DNA from: Marsupella aquatica
Taxonomy: Eukaryota; Plantae; Marchantiophyta
Reading direction: 5' to 3'
Length of the DNA: 64,000 nucleotides
Assembly: GCA_973895155.1 (NCBI GenBank)
Contig: OZ316895.1
Location: 11,368,858-11,432,857, forward strand
Position 1 is the stretch's first letter. Every line of letters starts with the position of its first letter. Below the pieces are notes generated by a model. That model did not search any database. It saw nothing but the letters and a program-made list of their open reading frames with translations, and had not been told where the DNA came from. Below are positions 11,212 through 22,431 of this stretch, piece by piece. The position numbers and the translations under genes are program-made.

Positions 11212-12456
11212 TTGCCACAGGCAGCAGCACGATTGGTACATGATGCATGGCGTCATGCTTTTACACCACAGTCAGGAGCAGAGCAGTCTCTTGCAGATGG
11301 ACCTATGACTCTTTCACCATTGGATACCACTCCTATTGCTTGGCAATATCCACCAGAGGGTATTTGTTTGTTGGATCTTTTTGGTGGGATTAGCACTGGA
11401 TTGGCTGCTGTTCTTCAGGCAGGAATTCCTGTGTGTCGTTATTTGTATGTGGAGATAGATGAGACAGCACGGAGGGTCTCATTGCGACATGTGGCTATGT
11501 TGGTGGATAGATATCCACAGTTGCTACCAGTGGATGTTGTTCGTGGTTATCAGCATGCACTACCTGTTGATATTTCATTGCTGGGGGCGGATCATCTGCA
11601 TCGTGTTGGCCCCATTGATTTGGTGATTGCTGGTTGGCCATGTCAGGGCCAATCTAGAGCTGGCGTTGGGCATGGACTTCATGATCCACGCTCTGCATTG
11701 TTTTGGGAGATGTTACGGGTGCTACGTCATCTCCAGCTACATCAGACACAGTCTCCAGCATACATTTTGGAGAATGTGCCATTGTTAGGTGATGATCGTA
11801 GTCGGATTGTTACCAGTGTTCACCAGGTGAGGTCTTGGATTGGACCTGCTATGTTATTGGATGCTGCACGTGTGGGTTCTCGTGCACATCGTCCACGCTT
11901 GTGGTGGACTAATTTGATCCCATGTGAGGTGCTGAAGCGTGCATTTGACAGCATTCCACGCTCACCAGCCTTAGTGGTGGATGATATTTTGGATTCAGGG
12001 CGTCGTGCACAGGGTGTGACCCAACCTGATAGACCTCCATTGGCAATGGTCAATGCAGTTGGGTGCCCACGTTGTGCATTACCCACTCTTGTAAGCCACT
12101 CTGCTTCATATGCATTCAGAGCAGGTGGCCCTGGACTTGTATGGGACACAGCTCTCCAGCAGTTAGTGGAGCCTACTGCTGATGAGAGAGAGCGTGCTAT
12201 GGGATTTTTGACAGGCACCACTGCAGTTGCCTCTGTGTCAGAGGGTTTGCGGCGCCAGGTTCTTGGTCAAGCAATGGATTTGAATTGTTTGACTTGGATT
12301 ATCAGCTTGGGAGTAGCTGAACAGTTGCGGATGCGCTCTGCTGGAATTACTGATTATCCCTTGGTGAGCTTGCGGTCCACTGAAACAGTATTGACCACAG
12401 CCGGGGGCGAGCAAACAGTCCATGGACCTATGGCAGGATTGGCCAAGGCTGGATAG
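11212..12456 (+). CDS. C5 cytosine DNA methyltransferase domain (DNMT3/DRM-like motifs) within the gypsy polyprotein
   Basis: Motif I LDLFGGIS, II VEIDE, IV AGWPCQG (catalytic PC), VI ILENV, VIII HRPRLWWTN, IX ERERAMGF, X RRQVLGQAMD; no stop inside the domain. Confidence 0.92.
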   Translation: MPQAAARLVHDAWRHAFTPQSGAEQSLADGPMTLSPLDTTPIAWQYPPEGICLLDLFGGISTGLAAVLQAGIPVCRYLYVEIDETARRVSLRHVAMLVDRYPQLLPVDVVRGYQHALPVDISLLGADHLHRVGPIDLVIAGWPCQGQSRAGVGHGLHDPRSALFWEMLRVLRHLQLHQTQSPAYILENVPLLGDDRSRIVTSVHQVRSWIGPAMLLDAARVGSRAHRPRLWWTNLIPCEVLKRAFDSIPRSPALVVDDILDSGRRAQGVTQPDRPPLAMVNAVGCPRCALPTLVSHSASYAFRAGGPGLVWDTALQQLVEPTADERERAMGFLTGTTAVASVSEGLRRQVLGQAMDLNCLTWIISLGVAEQLRMRSAGITDYPLVSLRSTETVLTTAGGEQTVHGPMAGLAKAG

Positions 12457-12543
12457 ATTGTTGAGCAGGAAGGGACTGCTCAATCTACTGCTAAATAGCA
12501 ATCATCGGCTATCTCTTCTACCCTACAAAGAGATATTAGGGAT

Positions 12544-14281
12544 TTGGTGGAGAGTTGGGAACCACAGCTTGGCCCTAAGTTAACAGGGGAGGAGAGACGT
12601 CGCATGCATCGATTCCTGAAGAGTTATTGGAATTGTTTTGCATTCAGCATGAAGGATTTGGGGACATTGAAGGGCCCTGGTATTCAGATTGAATTGGCTA
12701 GTGATGCGCCAATCTTTCGTAGACCATACCGTTATAGTGACATGGAGAGAGCTCTGATTCAAAGTAGAACTCAAGATTTGTTGAAGGTTGGATTGGTGGA
12801 GATTTCATATGGGGAGTATGCATCTGCCACAGTGATGCCAGCCAAGAAGGATGTGCATGGCAATTACACAGATAGGCGCATGTGTGGTGATTACAGACCT
12901 ATTAATCGCCAGACAAAATCTGATCGATATGCCATGCCCACACCTGAGGAGATCTTTGATGTTGTGGGGCATGCAAAGGTTTACAGTTCATTGGATTTGA
13001 GGGCAGGATACCATCAGCTTCCAATTAGACATGCTGACAGGTCCAAGACAACATTATGGGGGATTGATTCTTATGGCAAAGATCGTTTGTATCAATGGTT
13101 ATTCTTACCATTTGGGTTGAAGAATGCACCAGCTGAGTTCCAGAGAGTCATGGATCGAATCCTTGCAGGTTTGGATTTTGTCAGATGTTATATTGATGAT
13201 ATTTTGGTCTATTCTTCTACTGTGGAAGAACATCAGCAGCACTTGCAGATTGTGTTGGAGAGATTGAGAGCACATGGGTTGAAGCTCCATCCTGGCAAGT
13301 GTAAGTTCTTCCAAGACGAGATTGAGTATTTGGGCCACACTATATACCATATACCCAGGGGGATTGGGTGTACAACAGACTAAAGTGGAGGCCATTACAC
13401 AGATTCCTCATCCTACTGATGTGAGCAGAGTTCGTGCATTCTTGGGATTGGCGAGCTACTATAGGAGGTATGTTAAAGGATTTAGCCAGCCTGCTAAACC
13501 TTTAACCATACTCACTAAGTTGGATCAGGAATGGACTTGGGGTGATGACCAAGAGCATGCCTTTCAGGAGTTGAAGCAAAGGTTGGCATCATCCCCTATT
13601 TTGAGAAGACCCATTTCAGGCAGACCATTTCAACTACACACTGATTGGAGTGGAGTAGGACTTGGAGCAGTGCTGACTCAAAAGGATGATGAGGGGAATG
13701 AGTTTGTTGTGGGTTATGCCAGTAGATCAAACAATGCAGCAGAGGCTAAATATAGCTCTTATGAGGGAGAGTGTTTGGCAGCAGTGTGGGCTGTTGCACA
13801 CTTTCGTTGCTACTTGTTTGGTAACCCCTTTACCTTGATCATTGATCATCAGCCTCTTAAGTGGTTAATGGAGTCTGACAAGCTTACAGGGAAGCTTGCA
13901 CGATGGGCATTGTTGTTACAGGAGTATGATTTCCAGGTGGTGCATAGGCCTGGAAAAGTGAACTTGGATGCAGATGGATTAAGCCGCAATCCATGTACCA
14001 GTCAGCAAGATGAGACTGGAGCTAGATGGCATGATGAGTCAGATAAGGAGATGGTGCCAGGATGGCATGCATCTGCCTTTCTTTGTTGGGTGCCAGCATA
14101 CAGTGGATCTGTGGACTCTACCTCATTGGATGGAGTGGATGATGAGTCTTCAGATGTGGATGTTGGTGAGGTAACTTCTCGACAACAAGATATTCACAAT
14201 GATGTGAGAGTGTTGGAATATTTGCGCAGTGGTTCTATTGTTGGCAGTGTTGATGCCAAGGAACGTGACAGGGTTCTATAG
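12544..14281 (+). pseudogene. Gypsy-type RT and RNase H (frameshift from a 7-bp ATATACC duplication at 13342-13355)
   Basis: RMCGDYRPIN, SLDLRAGYHQ, LPFGLKNAP, YIDDIL; RNase H LHTDWSGVGLGAVL, EGECLA, IDHQPL, ADGLSR. Confidence 0.95.
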
Positions 14282-14317
14282 AGAGCCAAGAGATTTCGAT
14301 GGGAGGGAAACCATCTT

Positions 14318-15289
14318 TTGAGAGTACTGCATGATGGTAGGATGTTGGTGGTACCAAAACCATCACAACGAGTACATTTGGTGCGACATGCGCACGAGGA
14401 GTTGGGTCACTTTGGTGTGAAGCGCACTTACAGCTTGCTGCAGACACAGTATTGGTGGCGTGGTATGCACACTCATGTCCAGCAGTTGATAGCTAAGTGT
14501 GTGGTATGTGATAGAGTGAGAGCATCATTTAATGCTCCCACTTCCCAGTTGCACCCGTTGCCGATCATGGGTTTGGGATATCGTTGGAGTTTGGATTTTG
14601 CTGGTCCATTACCTCTTACCCAACGTCATAATCGGTATGTTTTGGTCATGGTGGAGCACTTCTCCAAGTGGATTGAGCTAGTGGCGTTGCCAGATAAAGC
14701 CAGTGGAGGAGTTGCTACTACATTTTTGGATCGTGTACTCAGTCATTTTGGAGCACCAGCTGAGGTGTTGACTGATCAGGGAACTGAGTTCCGTGGAGAG
14801 TTTGAGAGTTTGTGTGAACAAGCTCTGATTGATCATCGTACTACCTCTCGTGATCATCCTGAGGCAGATGGATTGGCTGAGAGAGTTGTGCAAACTGTGA
14901 AGAGAGGATTGCGTAAGTATGGCTTGCAGGTTGGTCATCTGGGAGATTGGGATCTCCAGCTACCTTGGTTAGCTATGGGCTACCGTTTCAGTCGGCAAGC
15001 ATCACTTGCATCCTTCTCACCTTACTTTTTGCTCTATGGTAGAGAGCCAGATTTGCCAGCAGCTATTCGTCGTGATGTTGCATCAGTTGTGAACTTGGAT
15101 GATCCTGATGTTTGGGTCAAGGTGTGTTCAGAGAGAGCACGGGTATTTCAACGAGTGATGCCCATGGCTTTTGACAACCTTGCCATTGCCCAACATCGTG
15201 ATACTTTGAGGTATGCCACTATTCGTGGAGGAGGTTACCGTGCAAGCATTCGACAATTTCATCCTGGTGATTATGTTTATTTGCAGTAG
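14318..15289 (+). pseudogene. DDE integrase of the gypsy-type element
   Basis: HHCC finger (HEELGH...CVVC), WSLDFAGP, LTDQGTEF, DGLAERVVQ; bounded by in-frame TAG stops. Confidence 0.95.
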
Positions 15290-15310
15290 ACAGCACCCAC
15301 CACACTTGAT

Positions 15311-15631
15311 GTGACCGCAGGCCGGACAATCTTACGTGTGCGTGAAGTGTTGCCTTCTGGTGTCCTGATGTTGGAGGGACGCGATGGTATGGTTTGGAAG
15401 GATCATGTGCGCAACTGTGCACCATGTCACCTTCCCAACATTGATGGTACAGTAGATCCAAGCTTGGCACATGTTCGTGCTGACTTGAAATGTATGTTGT
15501 GTGGATCTGCTCAGGGAGCAGCTACTATGTTGATTTGTGATCAGTGTTCTAGAGGATGGCACATGTCATGTTTGACACCACCATTGCAGGTGATTCCTAG
15601 TGGATCATGGTTGTGTCCTCAGTGTCGGTGA
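15311..15631 (+). pseudogene. Integrase C-terminal module plus PHD finger
   Basis: Same frame as the integrase; C4HC3 pattern CMLC...LICDQCSRGWHMSCLTPPL...GSWLCPQC at 15491-15628. Confidence 0.9.
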
Positions 15632-15795
15632 AGCCGACTAGTTATCATTTGTGTTCTCTTGGCAGATATGGATTGCAGGTAGGTGATCGATGGGGCTCAC
15701 TTGCACCCGGCCTCCTGGTCTTCACACCTAAAAAGGTGTATATCAACCTTGTAGAACTCATGGCTAGCTAGAGTTAGGGGACCTTACTCCCAGCT

Positions 15796-15802
15796 AGGGG
15801 GG
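15796..15802 (+). promoter_or_regulatory. Polypurine tract preceding repeat B1
   Basis: AGGGGGG one base upstream of the B1 start (15804). Confidence 0.6.
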
Positions 15803-15803
15803 C

Positions 15804-16410
15804 GATTGTGGGTTTTGGACATGTGTGGACATGAGTTCCACTTGTATTCCATTCTCTTGTGTTTGTGATGTGGCAGTGTGACTATGTCTGGATGTATGTG
15901 ACAAGCGATGTATGTTATGTAGCGATGTGTATGCGCACGACAGCTGTCACACCATTCTAGGTAGTGTTAGAGTGTATCGTACTATCTAGATCCGTATGTT
16001 TGGTATGTGTGCTATATGAGCCGATAAGGTTCCGTCAGGTTTGTGTGAGAGGGTACTTCTCACTTGTGAGGCATTGAAAGGTCATCTTTCAATGTTGAGC
16101 CTTGGAGAGAGAGGAGCTTGAGTGGCTATGGTGGCTGTGAGCTCCGCTTGTGTAACGTGGATTCCTTGAGTAGTGCAAGGTGCGTTGGCTTGACATACGT
16201 GTGTGATCGGATCGGTGCGGGATCGATGGGGTATTGTTGACCGGGATCGTTGTGTCGATTGTATTGAGATTGATTGTGGGTTTTGGACATGTGTGGACAT
16301 GAGTTCCACTTGTATTCCATTCTCTTGTGTTTGTGATGTGGCAGTGTGACTATGTCTGGATGTATGTGACAAGCGATGTATGTTGTGTAGCGATGTGTAT
16401 GCGCACGACA
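15804..16410 (+). repeat. 3' split-repeat block B1 (15804-15942) - GC - A2 (15945-16271) - B2 (16272-16410)
   Basis: B1 and B2 are 139 bp with 1 mismatch; A2 matches A1; the B1/A2 junction is the palindrome GACAGCTGTC. Confidence 0.95.
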
Positions 16411-16414
16411 ACTG

Positions 16415-17797
16415 CATCATGACTAATCTCCCCCTCAACCCGGTCCGGGATGAGAGATTTCCCCTTGTCAGTATGGGAGTCCTGAGAACTCTCCCCCTCT
16501 GATGATCTGGATTCATTAAATGACACATCTCTACTGACAATTAGTTTACAGGTTATTGGATCCCATAACCTATAACCCTTCACACCTTTCTGATAGCCAA
16601 GGAAAATGCACTTCTTTGACTTGGACTCCAGCTTGGATCGAAGCTGGGAAGGTGTAAGCACATAAGCATCACATCAAAAAATCCTCAGATGTGAGTAATC
16701 TGCTGGACGCCCGTACCTCATTTCAAATGGCGTCTTGAATCCAATAGAATTGGATGGAGAAAAATTTACCAAATAAGCTGCAGTGTTGACAGCTTCAGCC
16801 AAAACTCATGTGGTAAGCATGATTGACTCAACATACTCCTCGAGCGGTCCAATAGTGTTCGGTTGAGTCTCTCAGAAACACCATTCTGCTGAGGAGTATA
16901 GCTTGTTGTGAGATGGCGGGTAATCCCCTGCTCCTTACAATACGTTCCAAATTCACCAGAACTATATTCACCGCCGTTATCCGATCGAAGATATCTCACC
17001 TTATTACCAGTCTGATTTTCAACTTGGGTTTTCCACTCCTTTAAAGTGGCAAAAACATCAGACTTATTGTGTAGAAAGTATATCCACACATACCTTGAGT
17101 AATCGTCAATGAACGTGACATAGTATAACCGTCCAGAATGTGAGGGAGTAGGGGCGGGACCCCACACATCACTATGTACATACTCAAGTACCTCCTTGCT
17201 GGTATGAGTTCCAACTCCGAAGGGTTTCCTGTGCTGCTTCCCTAGCACACAGTGCTCACAAAATTCCAACTTACAAGATTGCAAATTAGAAAGTAATCCT
17301 TTCTTCTGAAGAATAACCAAACCTTTTTCACTCATGTGGCCCAAATGGAAGTGCCACAGCCGGGTCGTCTCCACATGAGATAAGGTTACATTGGCTTCAT
17401 CACAGACTACACTGCCCTCGAAAACGTATAGATTGCAATGTCTCTTTCCCTTCAATACAACTTTAGTACCAGTTGAAACCTGAAGGACACCATTAGCAGA
17501 ACTCCACTGATGGCCATTTGCCTCTAAAACTCCAAGTGAAATGAGATTTTTCATCATGCTGGGAATATGTCTCACATTCCTCAATGTTCTCACAGCACCA
17601 TCAAACATCTGAAATCTTACAGATCCAAGTCCAACAACTTGACATGGGATTCCATTTCCCATCAACACTAACCTGTTGGAAACCGTGTAAGAACTGAAAC
17701 AATCTCTTCTAGAGCAAATGTGAAAAGTACATGCACTATCTAGAATCTAGTCATCACTACCTGGATTTGACACTACGTTGAGAGCATAACCTTGACA
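16415..17797 (-). pseudogene. Copia protease, GAG-pre-integrase and integrase (frameshifted)
   Basis: *ILDSACTFH, LWHFHLGHMS, CEHC, VHSDVWGP, LRSDNGGEY, PQQNGVSERLNRTL, KCIFLGY...KGYRLWDP. Confidence 0.93.
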
Positions 17798-18849
17798 TCA
17801 CAATATGTCATCATCATTGAGTAAATCTACCTCATGCGAGCTCGATGCTGCGTTAGCAGAGGCAGTAGGGACCTTTACTCGACAATCCCTTTTCATGTGG
17901 CCTGGCTTGCCACAATTCCAACATGCAAGAGGCTTCCTCTCTTGCGATTTTCCTCTGGATTTAGATCTCCCTCGTGATGTAGATCTAAACCTGTTCTGCC
18001 CATTCGTGCGCTGCGTTGCTCTTCCCCTGTTCACATTGAGCACAGTGCCAGAAGAAGATGCTGTCTGTGATTGACCCAGCTTTTTTTGAGCATCATCACA
18101 CAGTAAAGAGCTTACCACCTCATTATACGAAATGGACTTCAAATCTCTGTACAAGAGCACCTGTTTCAAACCCTGATATGACGGCGGTAAGGAGCTTAGT
18201 AGAAGCAAGGCCTTATCCTCATCTTCAACTCCTTTTCCCAGGTTTGACAGATCAACCGCTAGACTGTCAAACTCATCTAGGTGATCCTGCATCTTGCTCC
18301 CTTCCTTGAGCTTGAGGTTCATCAAGAGAGACTTCTTGTACAGCCGGTCTGACGCATCTTCCCGGTAGTACTTCTCTCTTAGAGCCTTGAACAGTGACGC
18401 GCAATCCGCATAATCATCCAGCTGCTTGATGATGTGCGGCTTGAGAGCATCATTGCATTGACAGCAATCACCTGCTCCTGTCTCCATTGCCTCACTGAAA
18501 TCTCCTCCTCTCCATCATACTGCTCTCGCGATGAAAGCAGATGAGCTAAGCCCATGGCCTGTAGAACACCCTTCACTTGCTTCTCCCAAAGCAAGTAATC
18601 AGTACGACCATCGTACTTCTCCACCTCAAACTTCACTCCTCCAAATCTAGCCATCTCCCTCTTCTTCCCTACTACCGACAGCTCTGGTAGTAACACAGCT
18701 TCCTCCACTGCACGCCGCACCGGTGATCGTATCGGTGTTATAAGTTCCTCCTCAAACGGTAGCAGCTCCTCCTCAGACTTTCCGTCTGACCGTCGCGATC
18801 CTGAAGCTCCACCGCCGCCAATTCTTCCAGTATCCTCCGAGTCACTCAT
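17798..18849 (-). pseudogene. Copia gag (frameshifted)
   Basis: KFEVEKYDGRTDYLLW, DEDKALLLLSSLPPSY, zinc knuckle CWNCGKPGHMKRDC. Confidence 0.92.
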
Positions 18850-20323
18850 ATGAAATAATCACAAAAAAATGTCTTTTTTTGAAACTTCTCATAAAACTCA
18901 AAACTCAACTCCGCCGCGTAGCCCATGAAGCTAGGAGTCCAATACTAAAATCCGAAATCAAAATCAAAATTTGACGGAAAAGTTATTCAAATTTCGGTTG
19001 GGGTGGGTAAAACCTTGGGAAACTCCCCCGTTTTGACCACCTCAGAGAATAACCAAAATACCAAGTACAACCTGTCGTCGGAATCGTGATGTGATCGGTG
19101 CGCCGCGTTGCTAACTCCAGTGGCAACGTCCTCACCAAAAAAGAACCAAAAAAGTTACCGTGCGGCGGACAAAATCTTTGTGTGATGGCCAAAAAACAGC
19201 TCTTTGTTTTTCGGGAATATTCTCGCACAGTCCAACAGGGCTCACAGGGGGCCGTTCCCCCTGTCGGAGCGGTTAAAATGGAGGGTCACAGGGCCTGGGA
19301 TGAGGCACAACCAATGAGGAGGAGGAGAGAAAAAAAATTCAGAAAAACATACTCTAAAGGGGTCTTAAAGCCCCTGGCAAAGGCGCGCGTATTCGCGGCC
19401 AGAATCGCGTATAAACAACAGAAAACGTGAAAAAACGGGTTCAAAGGGGTCAAAACGCGCGTATTTTTGCATTTTTGGGCCGTATTTGGGCCCAAAAAAG
19501 CACGTTTTTGCGCTTAAAGGGGTGTGGGAGGCCGGTGTGCGCGCCGGGGCGTATGGCGAACCTGGTTTGTCGGGTATTGGGGCCGTATTGGGGCAAAAAA
19601 TGCCCTAAACTAACCTTAAAAATGTGCCCAAAATGATACAAAGGCCGTGTTACAAACCTTAGCCGCCTCCGCTTTGGTTTCCAATGAGAAAAGTGATGAC
19701 CGCCGACATGAAAATGTTTTCGAATTGCACCGGCACGTCAGAAGCTCCACCAGAGAAAGAACTTCTGTTGCATCGCCTTCACTCCGCGTCAAGTGCCAAT
19801 CCCAGACTCAAAATGACCGTCTCGCCACGAACTCTCCGTTGAGCCTCAGCACTTTGCGTTTCTTCCTCCGAGTCAAGCGTCACGATGAGTAATCCAGTTC
19901 AGGGAAAAACAAGCACCATAGCTTGTCAAAAAACCAGAACGCCTCCTTCACTCGTCACGACGCACTCGTTTCGCAAACGTCAGCAAACTAGATACCAAAA
20001 CGACCAGCACGCTCCAACCTTCAACTTGAACTATCACATGCGACGCCCCGCACACCGCACAGCTCACACCGTTGAAGAAACGATCTCTGGTTTCTCCCCC
20101 GAAATACCGTCGAACACGAATAAACCCTGAACGACGCAAACTTCAATTCCTCCGCACCACGAATACCGATCAGCGAGCTCTAACCACCGTTAGAATGCCC
20201 TCTCACTAACCTATCCGCTCAGCCACATACAATCGAGTTTCATGCGACGAAACTCTGAATGTACCATCGACAATGAACGCTGGAAAAACCTGTCACGAAA
20301 AAACCTTGTCACCTCCTAGGCAT

Positions 20324-20335
20324 GCTCTGATACCA
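20324..20335 (-). promoter_or_regulatory. Copia PBS, initiator tRNA-Met
   Basis: Minus strand TGGTATCAGAGC, 2 nt inside the 5' LTR. Confidence 0.93.
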
Positions 20336-20337
20336 CT

Positions 20338-20681
20338 TGTTGAGCATAGACGACATTCGCAACGGCAAGCCCATGAACCATCCAACGCACAATAGTTGAC
20401 ACAGAGAGATACGTGGTTCACCTCCACATGAGGCTACGTCCACGGGAACACACAAGAGCTTTACTGCACTCTAGGCCGACCGGCCATACCAAGCATCCAC
20501 AGCACAAGCTCTCCCTATCTCTCAACTAGCTCCGTAACAATGAGCCTAAGTTCCACCAGGGTCTGGCATCAGCCCTGGCTATATGCACAACAACACTACC
20601 GCTAACCTTAGCTAGGTCCTAACCCGAGTTAGCCTAACTGTGGTTAGCACAAGAGTCACAAGACTAGAGCAATATCTAACA
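20338..20681 (-). repeat. Copia 5' LTR
   Basis: Near-identical to 3096-3439; followed by TSD GTCTT. Confidence 0.95.
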
Positions 20682-22041
20682 GTCTTTAGGTTACAAATTA
20701 AGAAGATCACAAGTTAAGGCATCTTGGTGCCCACATCTACAAGGTTGGTGTACTTTTTGACCCCAATTATAACTGTAAAATTGATAAGGTTACAAGTTAA
20801 GGCATTCTGGTGCACACATCCGCAAGGGTAGTGCAAATCCCTCTGCATCTTCTAGGTGTTTAAGTGTATTAAGGTTCTATTAGCAAAGCATTGTGGCAAC
20901 AATAGCCCCTCAAAAGTAGAGTTACTTTCCCTAGGCATTAATTGTAGCGTAATATACACTTTACAATATACAAAACCCTTTCACTAGGTTAAGGCTGAAT
21001 TTTACTCCATAAATTCAATTTGTAAATATTTTTTACTGCGTGTTGTCATGAATGTAATTCCAGATATAACCAAGCAATTGCAATAGGTCGTCTCAATACT
21101 TGACTGTACCAGCTAGGATAATGTCTTATGGGAACTCCCCTAAAAGTTATGGAAGTCAATCCTCGGCCACCGTAAGGAAGCCCGTGAACACTTACCCTGT
21201 GAATTTGCCATAACTATATTTGCAAATCCGGAACTCCAGAACTGTGGAAAGTTGCGATTGAAGGGCACATGGGCTTTGCGCCTGACAATGGCTGCTATTT
21301 GAGGTCGCAGCTAACCAAGAATGAAGGGAAAATGATAGATGTGATGAGACAAAGTTGGGGCTCTAACTCCTGCCTTATGGGGCAGGTCAAAGCTACTCTC
21401 TATCTTATATATATAGCGCGAAGGTAAGCTAGAGTTGAGATCTAGGCTTCAAGAGTGAAGCCTTTAGATAGTGTCTCTAGAGCCCCACTAAAATATATGT
21501 ACATAGAAAGGAGTAAGTTATGATATGTATGAAGCCTTTGGACCTTGACTCTAGGCCCCACTATAATATATGTGCATAGAAAAGAGTATGTTTTGATATA
21601 TATGATTGTTAAAATGATGGGGGCAGGCATGATGTTTTTTTTTTATCATTTCATTGACCTACAAAGAATGTGAATAGTAACCATATTTTGTTGACACTTT
21701 TGTTGTCTTCACGTTCCAAGAATGTATGCGGGGCTACAATAGTTGTTGAAATTTCTTAACTGCTCCCATAAACAGAGTTACAAGATGTACCACAAGACCC
21801 ACCACAGGTCACTAATTTAGAGCCAACTTTGAGACACCTAAACTCAGTAACTTGGTAGTGTTCCAAAAGTCTTCCTTCGTTCCCGTTGCCTCTGATCATG
21901 TATTCCGGTGTTCCTGTATTTTTGGTAGTGTGATATACATAGAAGAGATTTTATTTTCATAATGAGATCTCACGATTATTTCCTTGCACTTGAAGTTCAC
22001 TGCGATGCTCCGATCAACCGCTACAGGAGCGAACCCCCTCC

Positions 22042-22048
22042 TATAAAT
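22042..22048 (+). promoter_or_regulatory. Candidate TATA box of GST copy 1
   Basis: CTATAAATA about 390 bp upstream of the ATG, with a possible 5'-UTR intron donor GTAAGC at about 22164. Confidence 0.4.
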
Positions 22049-22431
22049 ATGTCTAGCTGTTTTCATGCCAGTGCAGCAATCGCTTCAAAGGCTACAACGG
22101 AGAACTGCTAGCCCCGAATCGCCGAGACCAAGCATCAGTAGCTCAGGATCTCGATTTAGGTGGGTAAGCTGGAATGATTCCATCTCGGCATTTCCTTCCG
22201 TTCTCCCTTTCTGTTGCCGAATTAGATTTACGGGGTCAATCCCTTCATGGGTCTTCTCTGTTTCTCTGCTAGCGAGACTGGAGTGTAAACTCGAGTAGCT
22301 TACGAAAGAGGTCGGAGTATCTGATTCGTTTGTCAAAAGTGTCGTGTCATGTGTCTCCAATGCAGCTACTCACTGACGTTTTCAAATCCAGTTTTGCCTG
22401 TTGAAGGATTTGAGAAGGTAGCATCGGTGCC

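Larger units (their letters stand above)
5479..16410 (+). mobile_element. Ty3/gypsy-type retrotransposon with split direct repeats, C5 DNA methyltransferase and PHD finger
   Basis: Starts TGTC and ends GACA; ACTG duplicated at 5475-5478 and 16411-16414; removing it restores the copia frame (...ISHDAV|HDRRDGE...); gag-PR-MTase-RT-RH-INT-PHD order; repeats A1/A2 and B1/B2. Confidence 0.93.
3096..20681 (-). mobile_element. Full-length Ty1/copia LTR retrotransposon (Tnt1/Tork-like), interrupted by a nested gypsy-type element
   Basis: Two 344-bp TG...CA LTRs (5 mismatches by eye); 5-bp TSD GTCTT at 3091-3095 and 20682-20686; Met-tRNA PBS; PPT; gag-PR-INT-RT-RH order on the minus strand. Confidence 0.97.

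Noticed and set aside
15945-16410. Reading A2+B2 as an ordinary TG...CA 3' LTR with a truncated 5' LTR
   Set aside because: Does not explain the extra B1 copy directly after the PPT, the CA-GC-TG end-to-end junction, or the primer-like site exactly at the end of A1
5479-16410. DIRS/Ngaro tyrosine-recombinase element
   Set aside because: No YR ORF is visible; it has an aspartic protease, a DDE integrase and a TSD
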